From assembly GCF_036321535.1 (NCBI RefSeq), contig NC_087436.1, positions 102,736,001 to 102,800,000 on the forward strand: a stretch of 64,000 bases of DNA, read 5' to 3'. Position numbers and translations under genes: made by a program. This DNA comes from Camelus dromedarius. Its lineage: Eukaryota. Shown one piece after another: positions 52,315 through 64,000 of the stretch (position 1 is the stretch's first letter; each line of letters begins with the position of its first letter). A model generated the notes under the pieces. That model ran no database searches, had not been told where the DNA came from, and saw only the letters and a program-made list of their open reading frames with translations.

Positions 52315-53974
52315 AAGAGGGACACCTTGTGTTTCTGAAGTACATGTGCTTATACTCTAACAGGAATATTTTGCACCCAATGTGCTCTGACTTTATCTAT
52401 CTAGAATGTTCATTAGAGACCTCAGTTTTAATAAGGCTGTCAAATTAGCTGGGGTTAGAAGGATCAAATTTTCCTTCAATTATCATCCTTTAAAAAAAAT
52501 TTTATTTTATAGAATCTGGGAGCCATATATTTTATGAAACAATGTATGCAGGTAAGTGAAATGGTCACTTCAGATTGCATCAAATGATGCACTTACTTTT
52601 CAGAAATGGCATAATTTACATTTTTCTCTAAATGCTATTTTCCCCTACAAACATTTTGCTGCTTTCTTCCAAAGACCATCTTGTTTATTTTGAAATACAA
52701 ATCAGGATGGTGTTTAAATTAAATAAACCTATCTCTATTGTTCATACACAGACTTTATCTTGTGACAGTGTCCTATAGCCCTTTAGTTTTCAAAACAAGA
52801 ACCATTGCTTCCCATAGGCACGCGCCTGATGTCTACAAGAAATGCATTAATCCTCTTAATTGGCTGGGACATTGATAAGGGCAGGTCAGATGTTACCATT
52901 TTTCTGACTGTTGTAATCAGCATGCTAGTGGTTAGAATAGGTTTTTTTTTTTTTAATTTAAAGAAAATACAATTATTCTGATATAGCTATTATCTGACTG
53001 TATACAAAGCTTGGAAGTTTGATTTCAGTACAAGGAAGAAGGACAAAAAACAGCTGTCTGATTCTATCCCCAAATGAGGTATAGAAATGCAACATATATA
53101 TTCTTGAACAAATATATATATATATATATATTCATTCTTTAACAACAAAAGCTTATTTATAAAGTCCAGCTTCAGACCCATTTAGTGAACCTTAGTGAAC
53201 CAAAAGTAGTTTTAATTATGGGTTCTATTTAGGGAAAGAAGAGGCAGCAAATTGTAGAGAAAATGCTTTGTGGATGTAATCAGGCCACTGAGCTCAACTC
53301 TCCCCTCTGTGATCTTGAGAGTAACACTGTCACAGTTGCCAGGACACTTTCTCCTCTTTACAGCTTTAGCTCTTTTGTATTATAGGGTAATATAAAGGAA
53401 AAGGTAAAGAAAAAGAAACATTTCACCAAAAAAATCACTCTGGCAATATTTTATTTGTCACACTGTGTTCACTGTGCTCTGGGACGGTGTTACTCTACCA
53501 CCTGTTCCCAGAAAGAGAAACGTTCACTAACATCCCACGAACTGAAATATTAGAGTGGCTTCTTCAAGCCTCTCTCAATTCAGTACCTCCTGTAACCATA
53601 GCAACCTGTGTGTATAAAGGAGCAAGACAAGATGCCCCTGATTCCGTCTTGGCCAAGTGTCCTGTCTGCCACTTGGTATTCCGAGATTTATAGCTACAGC
53701 AGCAAATGAAGCATGTCATGTCATCATTTTCAAACTCTTTAGATATTCTTCCTGCACTTGAAGCTACATTGAGAGCTTGGAAGACAATGGATTATCAGCC
53801 GTACCTTGCTTTCAATCTCCCCATCTGGAATATTGTGTCTATACTCTTGTAACTGAGTAAGAAGAGTACCATCTGAAGACCAGAGCTAGTATCCCCACAG
53901 TTTTTTTGAGACTGTAATTCAGTCTTCTTAGGTAGATGTCGAGTAAAAGGACAAGAATAGGAGGGAACACCCAG

Positions 53975-54190
53975 TACAGTAGGAAAAGCATGAACTTTAG
54001 AGTGGGGCAGACCTGTTTTCGAATTTCAATCCTGCATAGCTTCTTAGAAAGAATTTAGGCTAGCCATTTCCGTATCTCAGTCTCTGTTTCCACATTTTCA
54101 AAAATAAGGCATTGCTAAAAATTTCTTAAGATCATTGCGATGATTCAACGAGATTGCATCTCTATGTCCCTTAGCAGAAAGTAAACTGAA
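53975..54190 (+). mobile_element. MIR SINE
   Basis: gtacagtaggaaaagcatgaactttagagtggggcagacctgttttcgaatttc...tctctgtttccacattttcaaaaataagg. Confidence 0.65.
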
Positions 54191-57100
54191 GTACCAAAAA
54201 AGGTAGCAAATAATCTGAATCAGTTTTCCCTCCCTTTTGATAGTCACAAGACAAGGCAGAAAATGAGAACTGCATCCGTGTTTGGGATGACTGACGAAGT
54301 AAAACTTCAGAAACGTATCTTCTTAGATAAATCTGAAGTTCATGTTAGTAAGTTGACATCGTGACAAACCCAGATGTTGCTTCCTTAAGCAACTGGGTGT
54401 CTCCTTTGAACAGTCTATGGATCTCCTGAGTCCTCTAGCCAGCTGGTCAGGGCAGTCTTCTCCTAGCAACATCTGGGAAGGCAGCTGGATGAGGGTGCCC
54501 CACCCACTGAGCTTTCTAGGGTAACCTTGATGCTATAAACTACTTACCAGAGCTGATCCTTTAAAAGCCCACACTCCCTAGCACTACCTTAAGAAAGCAG
54601 GTCTGGAGACCGGGGAAGCATCATACCTCAATGTTTTCCTCAATACCTCGCGTTGTTTTCTGGAGCATCTATAACCCAACTGAGTTCTGTGTGAATGTGA
54701 ACTCTCATGCTTCTCACCAGTGTTAGAACAGTACCTTCTAGCACATCAGTCTCTCCCGAGAATGCCCCTTCCAGGCACCTGAGGGCCTTGGGAAAAGTCA
54801 GAAATCCCCCTTCACGGGTCCCTTTCCTAAGAACAGCCCCAGATTTCCCCAAATTTTTTAAAGCTAACTGTACAAAAATGAACTTTAGGGCAGCCTCTGG
54901 ATTACGATTTCCATAAGCATTGCTATAGTCTGAGAAGTGAATTTTAAGTAACCAAGGTCATGCTGATATGTTGGTAGTCATTTTCTAGGGGTCATTGGTG
55001 GGGAAGCATAGGGCCCTGGGTTCTGTGTCAGCTGACAAGGGTTCTAATCCCAGCTCTGTCACTAGGCAATTATGGGAACTTACATGAATCATTCAGCAGC
55101 TCTGGACCTAAGGGCCCTCATCTATGCAGACTAAATTATTTCTGAGCTCCCATCCAGGACTAAGATCCTATGATCTGTACCCTCAATTTGCTATTACTTG
55201 GATAGCCAGGCAGATTGAATGTTCTCTCAGAGGTGCTAACCATCCTTACTGAAAACACTTGCACACAAAGTTATTAGGTAAATGTAAAAAAAAGTAATAA
55301 TTTCTGTTTGCAGGAAGAAAACCTCTTTGCACTATGGCTTTAGATTAATATTTAATGCATTAATAATATAAAGTTCATGCACATAACATTTCTATTCCTT
55401 TTATTTTATTCAGCAAATATGGATTTTGTAAGCATGATATGCTAGACAAATTTATCAAATGCATGATGTATACATGCATATATACATAGATATAAAATTG
55501 GTCAGTCATGGGGATGCTTAAATACTTCCAAACTAGAGACACCATTCAAGAATCTTCTTTCACCTTGCATTAGTTAGCAATGATTTCGTTTTTGTTTTGA
55601 TGACCAAATTACATCAAATAATAGTTTAGTATTTTCAAGTTCAATATATATTGCCCCTGAAGCTAGGATAAATCATTTATCCACCAATTAAATCACCAGT
55701 AGATAATAGGATGACTTTGGTATACCAGAACTGAAGCCATTAGTCATGAATGGATTTTTTCATTGACACAGACCTTGTAATGCTCAGGTAGTGTAGATCA
55801 CAGCTTACAGTACCTTTCATCCTGTGCACTACGTGGTTATACAGCTTAAATTCACACATTTCAAACATTATATGGAATTTCTGCAAGATTTCATTTGAGT
55901 AAATTGCTGGATATGATATAATAATAGCTACAAACTCTTGGAATCCTGGGTTCAAGATGAATGGCAACAGACCTGAGGCTGATCATTTCCATCATCCTGC
56001 CTTAACTGCAGCTGTGAACATACTTAGACAAAAACAGCCCAATGATCCCTCTGAAATAGTTTTGTAGGGGCAAAATGTTTCAAGTGGTACCTTTATGTAC
56101 TCAGTCACAAAGACAGGTGTACACTCTACACTCAGATCTAATTTTTCTATATCTGCTTTTTATTTCACACTTTAATTTGTTAGAATTATTGAGCTCCCTT
56201 ATAAAACCTAGTATTCATAACTACAATAATAATAGATACTGCAGAACCCACTTATAATTAAAGAAGCTCAACCGATAGCTGCTTTGTCTACCAACAGAGA
56301 TATATCTGATCCTAGCTGGAAGGATTTATGCTTTCCTATGCATGAGTTGCCCAAGGCAGCAGAGGTAACCTCTGATAAAGGAACATCTAGCTTATCATCT
56401 CAGGGTTTTTGTAAGAGTCTTCTTTGGTACAGCAGCAGTAACCTATGGAGAAGGCACAGAGAAAGAGGTTGCCTAATTACTTGCATATAATAAAATAAGC
56501 AGATTTCAGTACTAATGTCACCTATGGGGTGTCTATAATAGGTCAGCCACTCTTTTGCATGTGATACATACAATAGTAGCTGAGTCAAAGTCCTTGTCTC
56601 AAAGGACTCAAGCCGTGGAAAAGAACAAGAAGATAAATAAATGCCAATTAGTATGATTGATGCTCTTTAGATGTCACCTGCAGATACCTGCTGTGATGCT
56701 CAGCTCCACATGAAGATGGTAAGGAAGCCATCACTGATGAGAAGCATGTATCATTTTTTGGATATCCAAAAGAAGGCCTTTGGATGGAAAGAAGATGTCA
56801 TCATAGAGGTAATAGCAAATTAAAAAATTTGCAATTTGACTCACACATGCAAACTTTTGTGAATTTTATCAACCTGTGTCTGTCCATCAAATCTGGTTCA
56901 TAAGTTAAGCAGTATTCCACGTCAGTAAACCAGAACACAGTGTTGACTTTGCATGGAAGTAGAATGCTAAAAGCCACCTGGTGTCTCTTTCCATTTTTCT
57001 TTCTTAGCCTCTGAGCAACTGTAAGATGGATGGGTCAAGCAAGTAATAAGGAGTTTACTCAACAACAAGAACAGCAATGCACAAGTGTATGTGTATCTCC

Positions 57101-57866
57101 TGTGTATTTAGAATTAGATAAACCTAGTCCCTGCTTCTAAGATAAACAGAGAAGACATCCATGTTAATGAAAATGTCCAGTACTATATGATATGTGATTT
57201 TGTAGGTAAACACGGAAGAAATTTTAAGAGCACAGGTGGAAAAAATACCTACATGTTCTCTCAGAACCGATTTAAATTAGTGATTCAAACTGTATAAACT
57301 TTTGCATGATTTCTCTCCAGTCAGTGATAGACCAGTATAGAGAACTGATTTAAAATGTCCACTAAATCCATCTGGAGGCATCCAGGGAACATTCGAACTG
57401 CAAAGCAAATGCATTTATAGATTAGCTGGTTTCAGAATCATGCCCATGATGTATACCCCACATATCTTCTTGAATACATCCTTTAGCATCACTGACCATA
57501 CAGAATGTGGAAGAACAAATTTAAACTCTCTACTGACATGTTATTAGAATTGGATGAATGTTTTCACTGAGAAAATACCAACCCCAGTGCAAATACATTG
57601 GTGTTTGAAGAAGTCTTGAAACTTTTATTGGTAGAGTTAAGTATGGGTTTCTATAAATAGGAAAGGCAAAAAAGTAAAACCCATTTTTACCAACAAAAGG
57701 AAAATTTCATGCAAAGATGTAAAGCTAATATATATAGCACTTTATTGTAAGGAAGAATGGAAACCTATTTAAAAGATCTTGAGATGGAAATTGTGACCTA
57801 CACAACAGACTAATGCGGATAGTATGATCCAATGTCAGGAAAGGTAGAGCTTTAAAGTCTATTTCT

Positions 57867-58804
57867 TTTTTTTTTCGTCTTTAACTTTTTTGTTTTCTCA
57901 ATATGACTCATTCATTCATTCTTTTTGTTTTCATTTTCTTTTTCATTATAAGTTACTACAAGTTATTGAATACAGTTCCCTGTGCTATACAGTAGAAACT
58001 TGTTCATCTACTTTATTTTATTTTTTTGTGTTCTTTTTCTATTGAAAGATAGAGTTTATAATGTTGTGTCAATTTCTGGTTTATAGCATGATGTTTCAGT
58101 CATACATATACATACATACATTCCTTTTCATATTCTTTTTCATTACAAGTTACAAGATATTGAATATAGTTCCCTGTGTTATACAGTAGAAACCTGTCTA
58201 TCTATTTTATATAGTAGTTAGTATCAGCAAATCTCAAACTCCCAATTTATCCTTTCCTACCTCTTTTCCCCCTGGTAACTGTAAGTTTGTCTTCTATGTC
58301 TGTGAGTCGTTTCTGTTTTGTAAACAAGTTCATTTGTGTCTCTTTTTTTTTTTTAAGATTCCACATGTAAGTGACATCATATGGTATTTTTCTTTCTCTT
58401 TCTGGCTTACTTCACTTACAATGATGATCTCCAGGTCTATCCATGTTGCTGCAAATGGCATTATTTTGTTCTGTTTTTAGAGCTGAGTAGTATTCCATTG
58501 TATATGCACACCACATCTTCTTTATCCTGTCATTTGTTAATGGACATTTAGCTTGTTTCCATGTCTTGGCCATTGTAGATAGTGCTGCTATGAATATTGG
58601 AGTGCATATAACTTTTTGAATTAGAGATCCCTCCAGATATACATCCAGGAGTGAGATTGCTGGATCATATAGTAAGACTATTTTTAATTTTTTATGGAAT
58701 TTCCACACTGTTTTTCCATAATGGCTGCACCAAACTACATTCCCACCAACAGTATAGGTGGGTTCCCTTTTCTCCATACCCTCTCCAATATTTATCATTT
58801 GTGG
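57867..58804 (-). mobile_element. 5'-truncated L1 with ORF2 C-terminus and duplicated 3'-UTR unit
   Basis: ORF 58412-58798 reads ...[46 protein letters not shown], the L1 ORF2 C-terminal region with frameshifts. PolyT at about 57866-57875. TSD taaagtctatttct (57853-57866) / tacagcctatttct (58805-58818). Confidence 0.95.
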
Positions 58805-60907
58805 TACAGCCTATTTCTTTATCATTGGCATGTCTCATGGTTACCATATTTTGTTTTCATGAATTTATTTGCTCATCTGTCTATTTATTCAGCCTTAATT
58901 GGGCTTATTCTACGTTTATTCACTCAACATTTATTAAATGTTTATGCATGCTGGCCTATTTTGCTATATTCTAGGGATTTTGAGATTCTCTTTATGGAGG
59001 AAGGATAAACAAGGGCAACTTTACCTGAAACTACCTTGTGAGAGATAATCATATGTTGTCATTTTATCTTTCATGTTTGTTGTTGTTAACCAGGGTAGGC
59101 TGATGGAACTTCATAGTATCCATAAGTTACAAGTGGCTCTTTGTTGAATTGACTTGCTTGAAAGGAGAAGGGTATATATGAACATTGTTAATTAGAAGTT
59201 CGCCTAATTAGTTAGTAGAATATGAAATGATGTATCCATCTACTCCATATGAAGTCATATAAAATCATTTTCAAAATGCAAGATTCTTAAATGAGAGTTT
59301 ATTTTTTATGACTCAGACATATCCATTGAAGGTTATGAACAGGGACAGTGTCAACATCCTCTTTGTCTGGCTAGTTTGTAGAAAGTTGATACGCTGATAT
59401 TTAAAAACATACCCAGTTTAAACACTACCCACAAGCCTTATGATCTTGTCTTTTGAATTTATCCTTCATTCTGATGTCAAATCTCAAGTACTTTCTCACG
59501 AAGGTAAATTTCTGTTTTTAACCTCAAAAGCCCAAAAGAAAACATACACAAAGTCTCCTACGCACATCAGGTACATTTCTCCAAAGTGTACTTGACATGG
59601 GAGAGATGAGACTTACATCCTGATGACAATAAGAATTGAGGGAAAGTAAACATATTATCACATATTTGCTTGAATGACTTGATCAATGAGCATCTGTTGA
59701 GTAACATGCCTTTGAGTTCTTACTCAAAGAGGCAAAATGTATTAGTCATAAACCATTAAAACAAGAATGTTAATTGATTTACCATTTTCTTCTTTGCATA
59801 TTTGATATTTAAGGATATGTTTCTTAAAAGCCAGCCATTCTACTGAGCGTTGGCAGAGTATTCTTGTATATAATTCTAATATGCAGTGATTTCAAATATA
59901 AAGCAAGATTATCTGTACAGCAGATTTAGCTCTGCCTCGGTAACATCGCTTCCAAGAGCTACCATGAAGAGCAAGATGTAAAAGAAACCAACTCTCGCTG
60001 CAACCGTGTGATTGTTTAACGGTGGAGGCAAGTCTAGACACAAGTACCTACAATAGAGCCACGTATGTGCAGAGAGACAGACGACCAGTCAGTCCAGTTG
60101 AGTGAGAGATTTTTTCTGACTGCTAGAGCTGAAATGCTCCATTCTTTTCTAATTGTAAACCAGCTCTTCTATTATTTAAAATAAGGTGTTGCCCAGAGGA
60201 CATGTCTGCCTCTTCTTCCATATTATTAAATGGTCATTAGAGGCTGCTGCATAGGGAACATATAAATGAAATGATACGAGAGCTATAGCAGTTTCAGTAG
60301 ACAAGATGATAAATTGCTTTGAGGAGAATTGGCTCAAAGAAAAACAGCAGTAAGGGCTTATGGTAGAAGCAGTCTTCATAAAGAACACAATAACTCAGCT
60401 GTCACAGGTTACTGGGCTCTGGAGGGCTGACAATGAAGTAAGAGCAAAGCTGAGTCTATGGAATGACTCAACACATAGGCATAGAAATAAACTCTCTCAC
60501 TAAAGTCAATATTGCCACATGTTCTTCTGGACGACTTCCCAACGAACATGGAAATATCATCACTCTGGAGATTTAAAAGGATGTCAGTAAGCTTTGGTCC
60601 ACAGGCTTGGAGCATGGACTGGATGTTCTGAGTTCTGAAAGGAAAATCAATTTAGAATGATGTTTACTTCATTTTACAATAGCCTTCACCTTACTCACTC
60701 CTTACAGGTGCCCAAATAGAATATGAAAATGTCAGAGTGAGAAAGGCACTTGTAATATGACGGAGAATTTAAGTCTCGGCATTAGGAATATTTGAACTTG
60801 GGAGGCAAGGGAGCATCACTCTTCACAGGTTGTTTTCCCTACTAGAGATACTGACAGAGGGAGGGATGAGGGGGAAAGACAGAGAGAGAGATGGACAGCA
60901 GGCTCAC

Positions 60908-60925
60908 AGAGAGAGACAGACAGAC

Positions 60926-60962
<37 letters not shown>

Positions 60963-60966
60963 GAGA
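60908..60966. repeat. (AG)n/(AGAC)n microsatellite
   Basis: Read directly from the sequence. Confidence 0.93.
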
Positions 60967-61084
60967 TTCATCAGGACCCAAATGTAGTTTCATTCAGTGC
61001 AACTGAGCTGGTGTTGTTCACCCTACTGGAAGTTTAAATACAACAGAAGTAGATTATGACTAATACAGGGACAATTTTTTAAGG

Positions 61085-61246
61085 CAATAGTTTGCAACCA
61101 TGACTGAATTTGAGAATGACCTAGAAGAGCTAATTTATAGTAATCCAATCCTAGGTCCTAACCCAGACCAATTAAATCAGTATATTTCTGGAAATATAAA
61201 TCTCCAAAGATAATTCTAGTATGAAGCAAAAGTTGGGAAACTATGG
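61085..61246. mobile_element. MER5A-like hAT-Charlie MITE
   Basis: gagaatgacctagaagagc...cctaggtcctaacccagaccaattaaatcag...ctccaaagataattctagtatgaagcaaaagttgggaaactatg. Confidence 0.7.
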
Positions 61247-61949
61247 TCTAAGGGTATACAGAACAGGATGAGATGTATCTTGATAGAGTTGAATATTCGT
61301 CATGTTATTCGAACTTGTAAAATTTGAATTTGTAAACATGTTATAGTTAGAAATAACATCCATGCCTCAAACATCACAAATGGGTATAATAAACAATTGT
61401 GAGGGGACTCACTGACCTCAAGACACTTCAGGTAAGTATGATGAGGTTTCCTCCAGATATAAATTTCTTTATATTCTCTGACACAGTGGCCATCTCACAA
61501 GTTAAGGACACACCTTGTTTTCTTGCACCAACATACGTACATTTGATCATTTATTAGAAACTGAACACGTTGGTTTTTTAGCATTTTTGTTAGTGTTGTC
61601 ATATGAATAAAAATGTGAAGACAATTTGAAACATTCTTTCTACTATGCATGCTGTAGTCCTGACCTGTCACTAGACTTGAGTTCTAATCTAGTTCTTATC
61701 CCAAGATTTGGGTGACAGCTTGACCTATGTGAATACTATTACTTTATTTCTGATTGTTAATTATTGATAATATTTACCATGACCATAAAGTTTGGCCATT
61801 TTAAAGAAAAAGTAAATAAACATAAAACAACAAGGTCCAGTGTGGATGCAAGTAATACATAGCATAGATTTTTCTTGATATTTCTCTTACATTGGTCATG
61901 CATCCATTTGGTTTTTAACACTGAGAGCCAGATATAAGAATAGAAAGTT

Positions 61950-62690
61950 TTGGAAGAAGAGATGACAAAGCTGAGTTAGGTTTTCCCCACTCCCTGGAGT
62001 AGGAGATACAATTCTCACTTGGAGTCAGGGGTGAGAAGGAGAAGCAAAGTGTCCATGTGCTGGAATCGTCCTCAAAAGTGATGTTCCGTCTCAGCCAAAC
62101 TCAAGGGAACAGAAGGAGAAGAGAAACTTCAGGTAGGTCTAGTGAAGGTAAATTGTGCTCATGCTTCACTTCAAAAGTATATTCCAGGCAGATTAAAACT
62201 CTGTGCCCAGAAAGACGCAGGAGAAGGAGTGGCAGTAATTGAGGTTGATGTCTCTAGACAGAGAGGGTCTAAGCTCCACCAGAGAGTTTCTAGGGGCATC
62301 AGAGTGGTCCCCAGAGGAATAACAAGTGAGCTTTGCTAGACCTGGATTCAGAGAGACCTCGTATTTGGGAAGAAAGGACAGAATAGCTGCAACCTTCATG
62401 TAACAAAGGATGAGGCAGGACCAGGTAAACCTCAGAGGACCCTGAAGTGGATCAATGGCCAATCATGGCCAGATGGTCCCACCCACAATCCTGGGGCACC
62501 GTCCTTCAGACTTTAGGGAAAACCAAACACACAGTAGAGAGAAATTTCCATGTGACTGACATTTTTGTCTTTTAACCATCCATCAGAATTGAGTTTAATA
62601 TAGGAACACTTTTGTCAGGCAGTGTTAAAGTTGCACTTTATGCCTGCTTGAACTTGTGGCCCAGATTTGTACGAAAGACAGAAGGTGTAT
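61950..62690. mobile_element. Possible very old LTR remnant (LTR78/MamGyp-like)
   Basis: Purine-rich block that is GC-richer than its flanks, ending in gactgacattttt...gagtttaat; weak recall match only. Confidence 0.25.
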
Positions 62691-63517
62691 CAGTAACACT
62701 AAAAAATGCCCATACAGATCTATCCCAGGGTGAACTTGTCTGAACTGGTTTAGATTGTTGATGATCTGAACATCACATAAACTTTGCTATGTTAAACCTC
62801 TTATACAGAATCTCCTTGAATGCTGACCCTATTTCTGGATTGTCTGTGCTGCTTCTGGCTTCATAGTTCTGTTCACTGTTTTTTCAGTGTTAGACTCAGC
62901 TTGGACCTCGAGTATGCCACAGCTTTCAGGTTGAGCCAGGCCACCAACGTGTGAGCCCACCTAGCTCACGTGTTGGGCAAATTCAAATTAAATTCTCCTC
63001 TTTATACAGTATTAACCAGTAAAACAATGAGCAGTTACACACACATAGACACAGAGTTTACCAGAGTTTCACTATATTTAGTGAACTAAACATAGGAAGA
63101 TATGAAATACTTCAAACTAGCATGTTGTAGGAGAGTGATGTCTTTAATATATTAATTGATTGCAGTTCTGGCTTTTTCCTTAGGGAGACAAAAAGTGGGT
63201 CTGGAGAAAAGAGCAGTGAGAAGGTCAATTGGTAACTAAAATTAGATAAAGAGGGAGAGTAATCCGGGGTGGGGAGAGAGCTGGGGCCCTCCACTGCAGA
63301 ACAAGGAGCAGAGCTGATGTCTTTAAGGGATGAGCTGCCTCAGAGCCAGGGCCCCCTGCTTCCTCTGCCCTGCCACTCGGCACCAGTCTGTGAGCACGCA
63401 TCACCCACCAACCCTCCCTGCACTGACCACAGATGTGAACAAGTGGGAAAAACAAAAGGGGGTGGGGGTAGGACACCTAGATTCCCTGAATAGCGGTGGG
63501 TGCATAAAAGGAGTATC

Positions 63518-63636
63518 TTTTTTTGGGAAGGTGGTAATTAGGTTTGTTTGTTTGTTTATTTAATGGAGGTACTGGGAATTGAACCCAGGACCTCGTGCAT
63601 GTATGCACATTCTCTACCACTGAGCTATACCCTCCC
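63518..63636 (-). mobile_element. tRNA-Ala-derived SINE (camelid vic-1-like)
   Basis: Reverse complement gggagggtatagctcagtggtagagaatgtgcatacatgcacgaggtcctgggttcaattcccagtacctcca...aaacctaattacc...polyA; diverged TSD taaaaggagtatct (63505-63518) / taaagagagtaact (63637-63650). Confidence 0.92.
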
Positions 63637-63967
63637 TAAAGAGAGTAACTTGACTTCCATTTTTGAAAGTATGGTAGCTTATTTATCTTGACCACCCCTT
63701 CCACTAACCACTGTTTTTATTAAAGGTGAAAAGTAAGATGCTTGCAGCAGAGAGATTCAAAATTACAGTTATCTGTAGAAAACGGAAATACACAAGGGTG
63801 TTTCTCCCATAAATAGTACTTACGTCTCAGGTTGCAGTATTACAGGCGTGGCTGAGCACGGGGGTGCGGTGGAGCCTTGCTGTTCATCTATGATCAGACT
63901 GAGCTGAACAATGGGGGCTTGTCCCTACAGGTTGAGCCAGGTGAGTACTACCACCACTAACAAGGCA

Positions 63968-64000
63968 ACACACACACATGTGCGCACACACACACACACA
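63968..64000. repeat. Interrupted (CA)n microsatellite running off the window end
   Basis: Read directly from the sequence. Confidence 0.93.

Noticed and set aside
58412..58798. Longest ORF (128 aa) as a host gene
   Set aside because: It is a frameshifted L1 ORF2 C-terminal fragment inside a truncated L1.
61395..61437. Perfect donor CAG|GTAAGT at 61431
   Set aside because: No convincing upstream acceptor or promoter; isolated donor 9-mers occur by chance.
62927..63941. 14-mer caggttgagccagg repeated at 62927-62940 and 63928-63941
   Set aside because: Several 14-mer matches are expected by chance in 64 kb, and the flanks are unrelated.
1..64000. CRISPR arrays, prokaryotic operons, rRNA/snRNA genes, NUMT or internal proviral genes
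   Set aside because: I saw no repeat-spacer periodicity, long ORFs, mitochondrial-like sequence or gag/pol/env similarity; the content is typical mammalian interspersed repeats.

Overview
AT-rich, CpG-depleted mammalian non-coding DNA. Three tRNA-Ala(AGC)-headed SINEs with an 'aaacctaattacc' tail and cetartiodactyl-type L1 3' ends suggest a camelid genome (inference from recalled repeat families, not a database search). I recognise no protein-coding gene. The only ORF-track peptide I recognise as a real protein is a frameshifted L1 ORF2 C-terminus at 58.4-58.8 kb; the others look like chance ORFs or antisense reads of repeats. The window holds ERV1 solo LTRs (several with 4-bp TSDs; two families present twice in opposite orientation), MaLR/ERVL LTRs, L1, L2 and MIR remnants, DNA-transposon relics and microsatellites. 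The most notable observations are: a tailless 5'-half tRNA-Cys(GCA) retrocopy with a 17-bp TSD at 38.2 kb; a modular ~190-bp L1 3'-UTR unit seen single, tandem and solo; a likely ancient hAT transposase C-terminal relic at 11.7 kb; and several isolated near-consensus exon signals that could belong to non-coding transcripts. I cannot support a wholly new biological system from the sequence alone. Repeat subfamily names come from memory of consensus sequences and should be confirmed with RepeatMasker/Dfam. Boundaries of old repeats are approximate.
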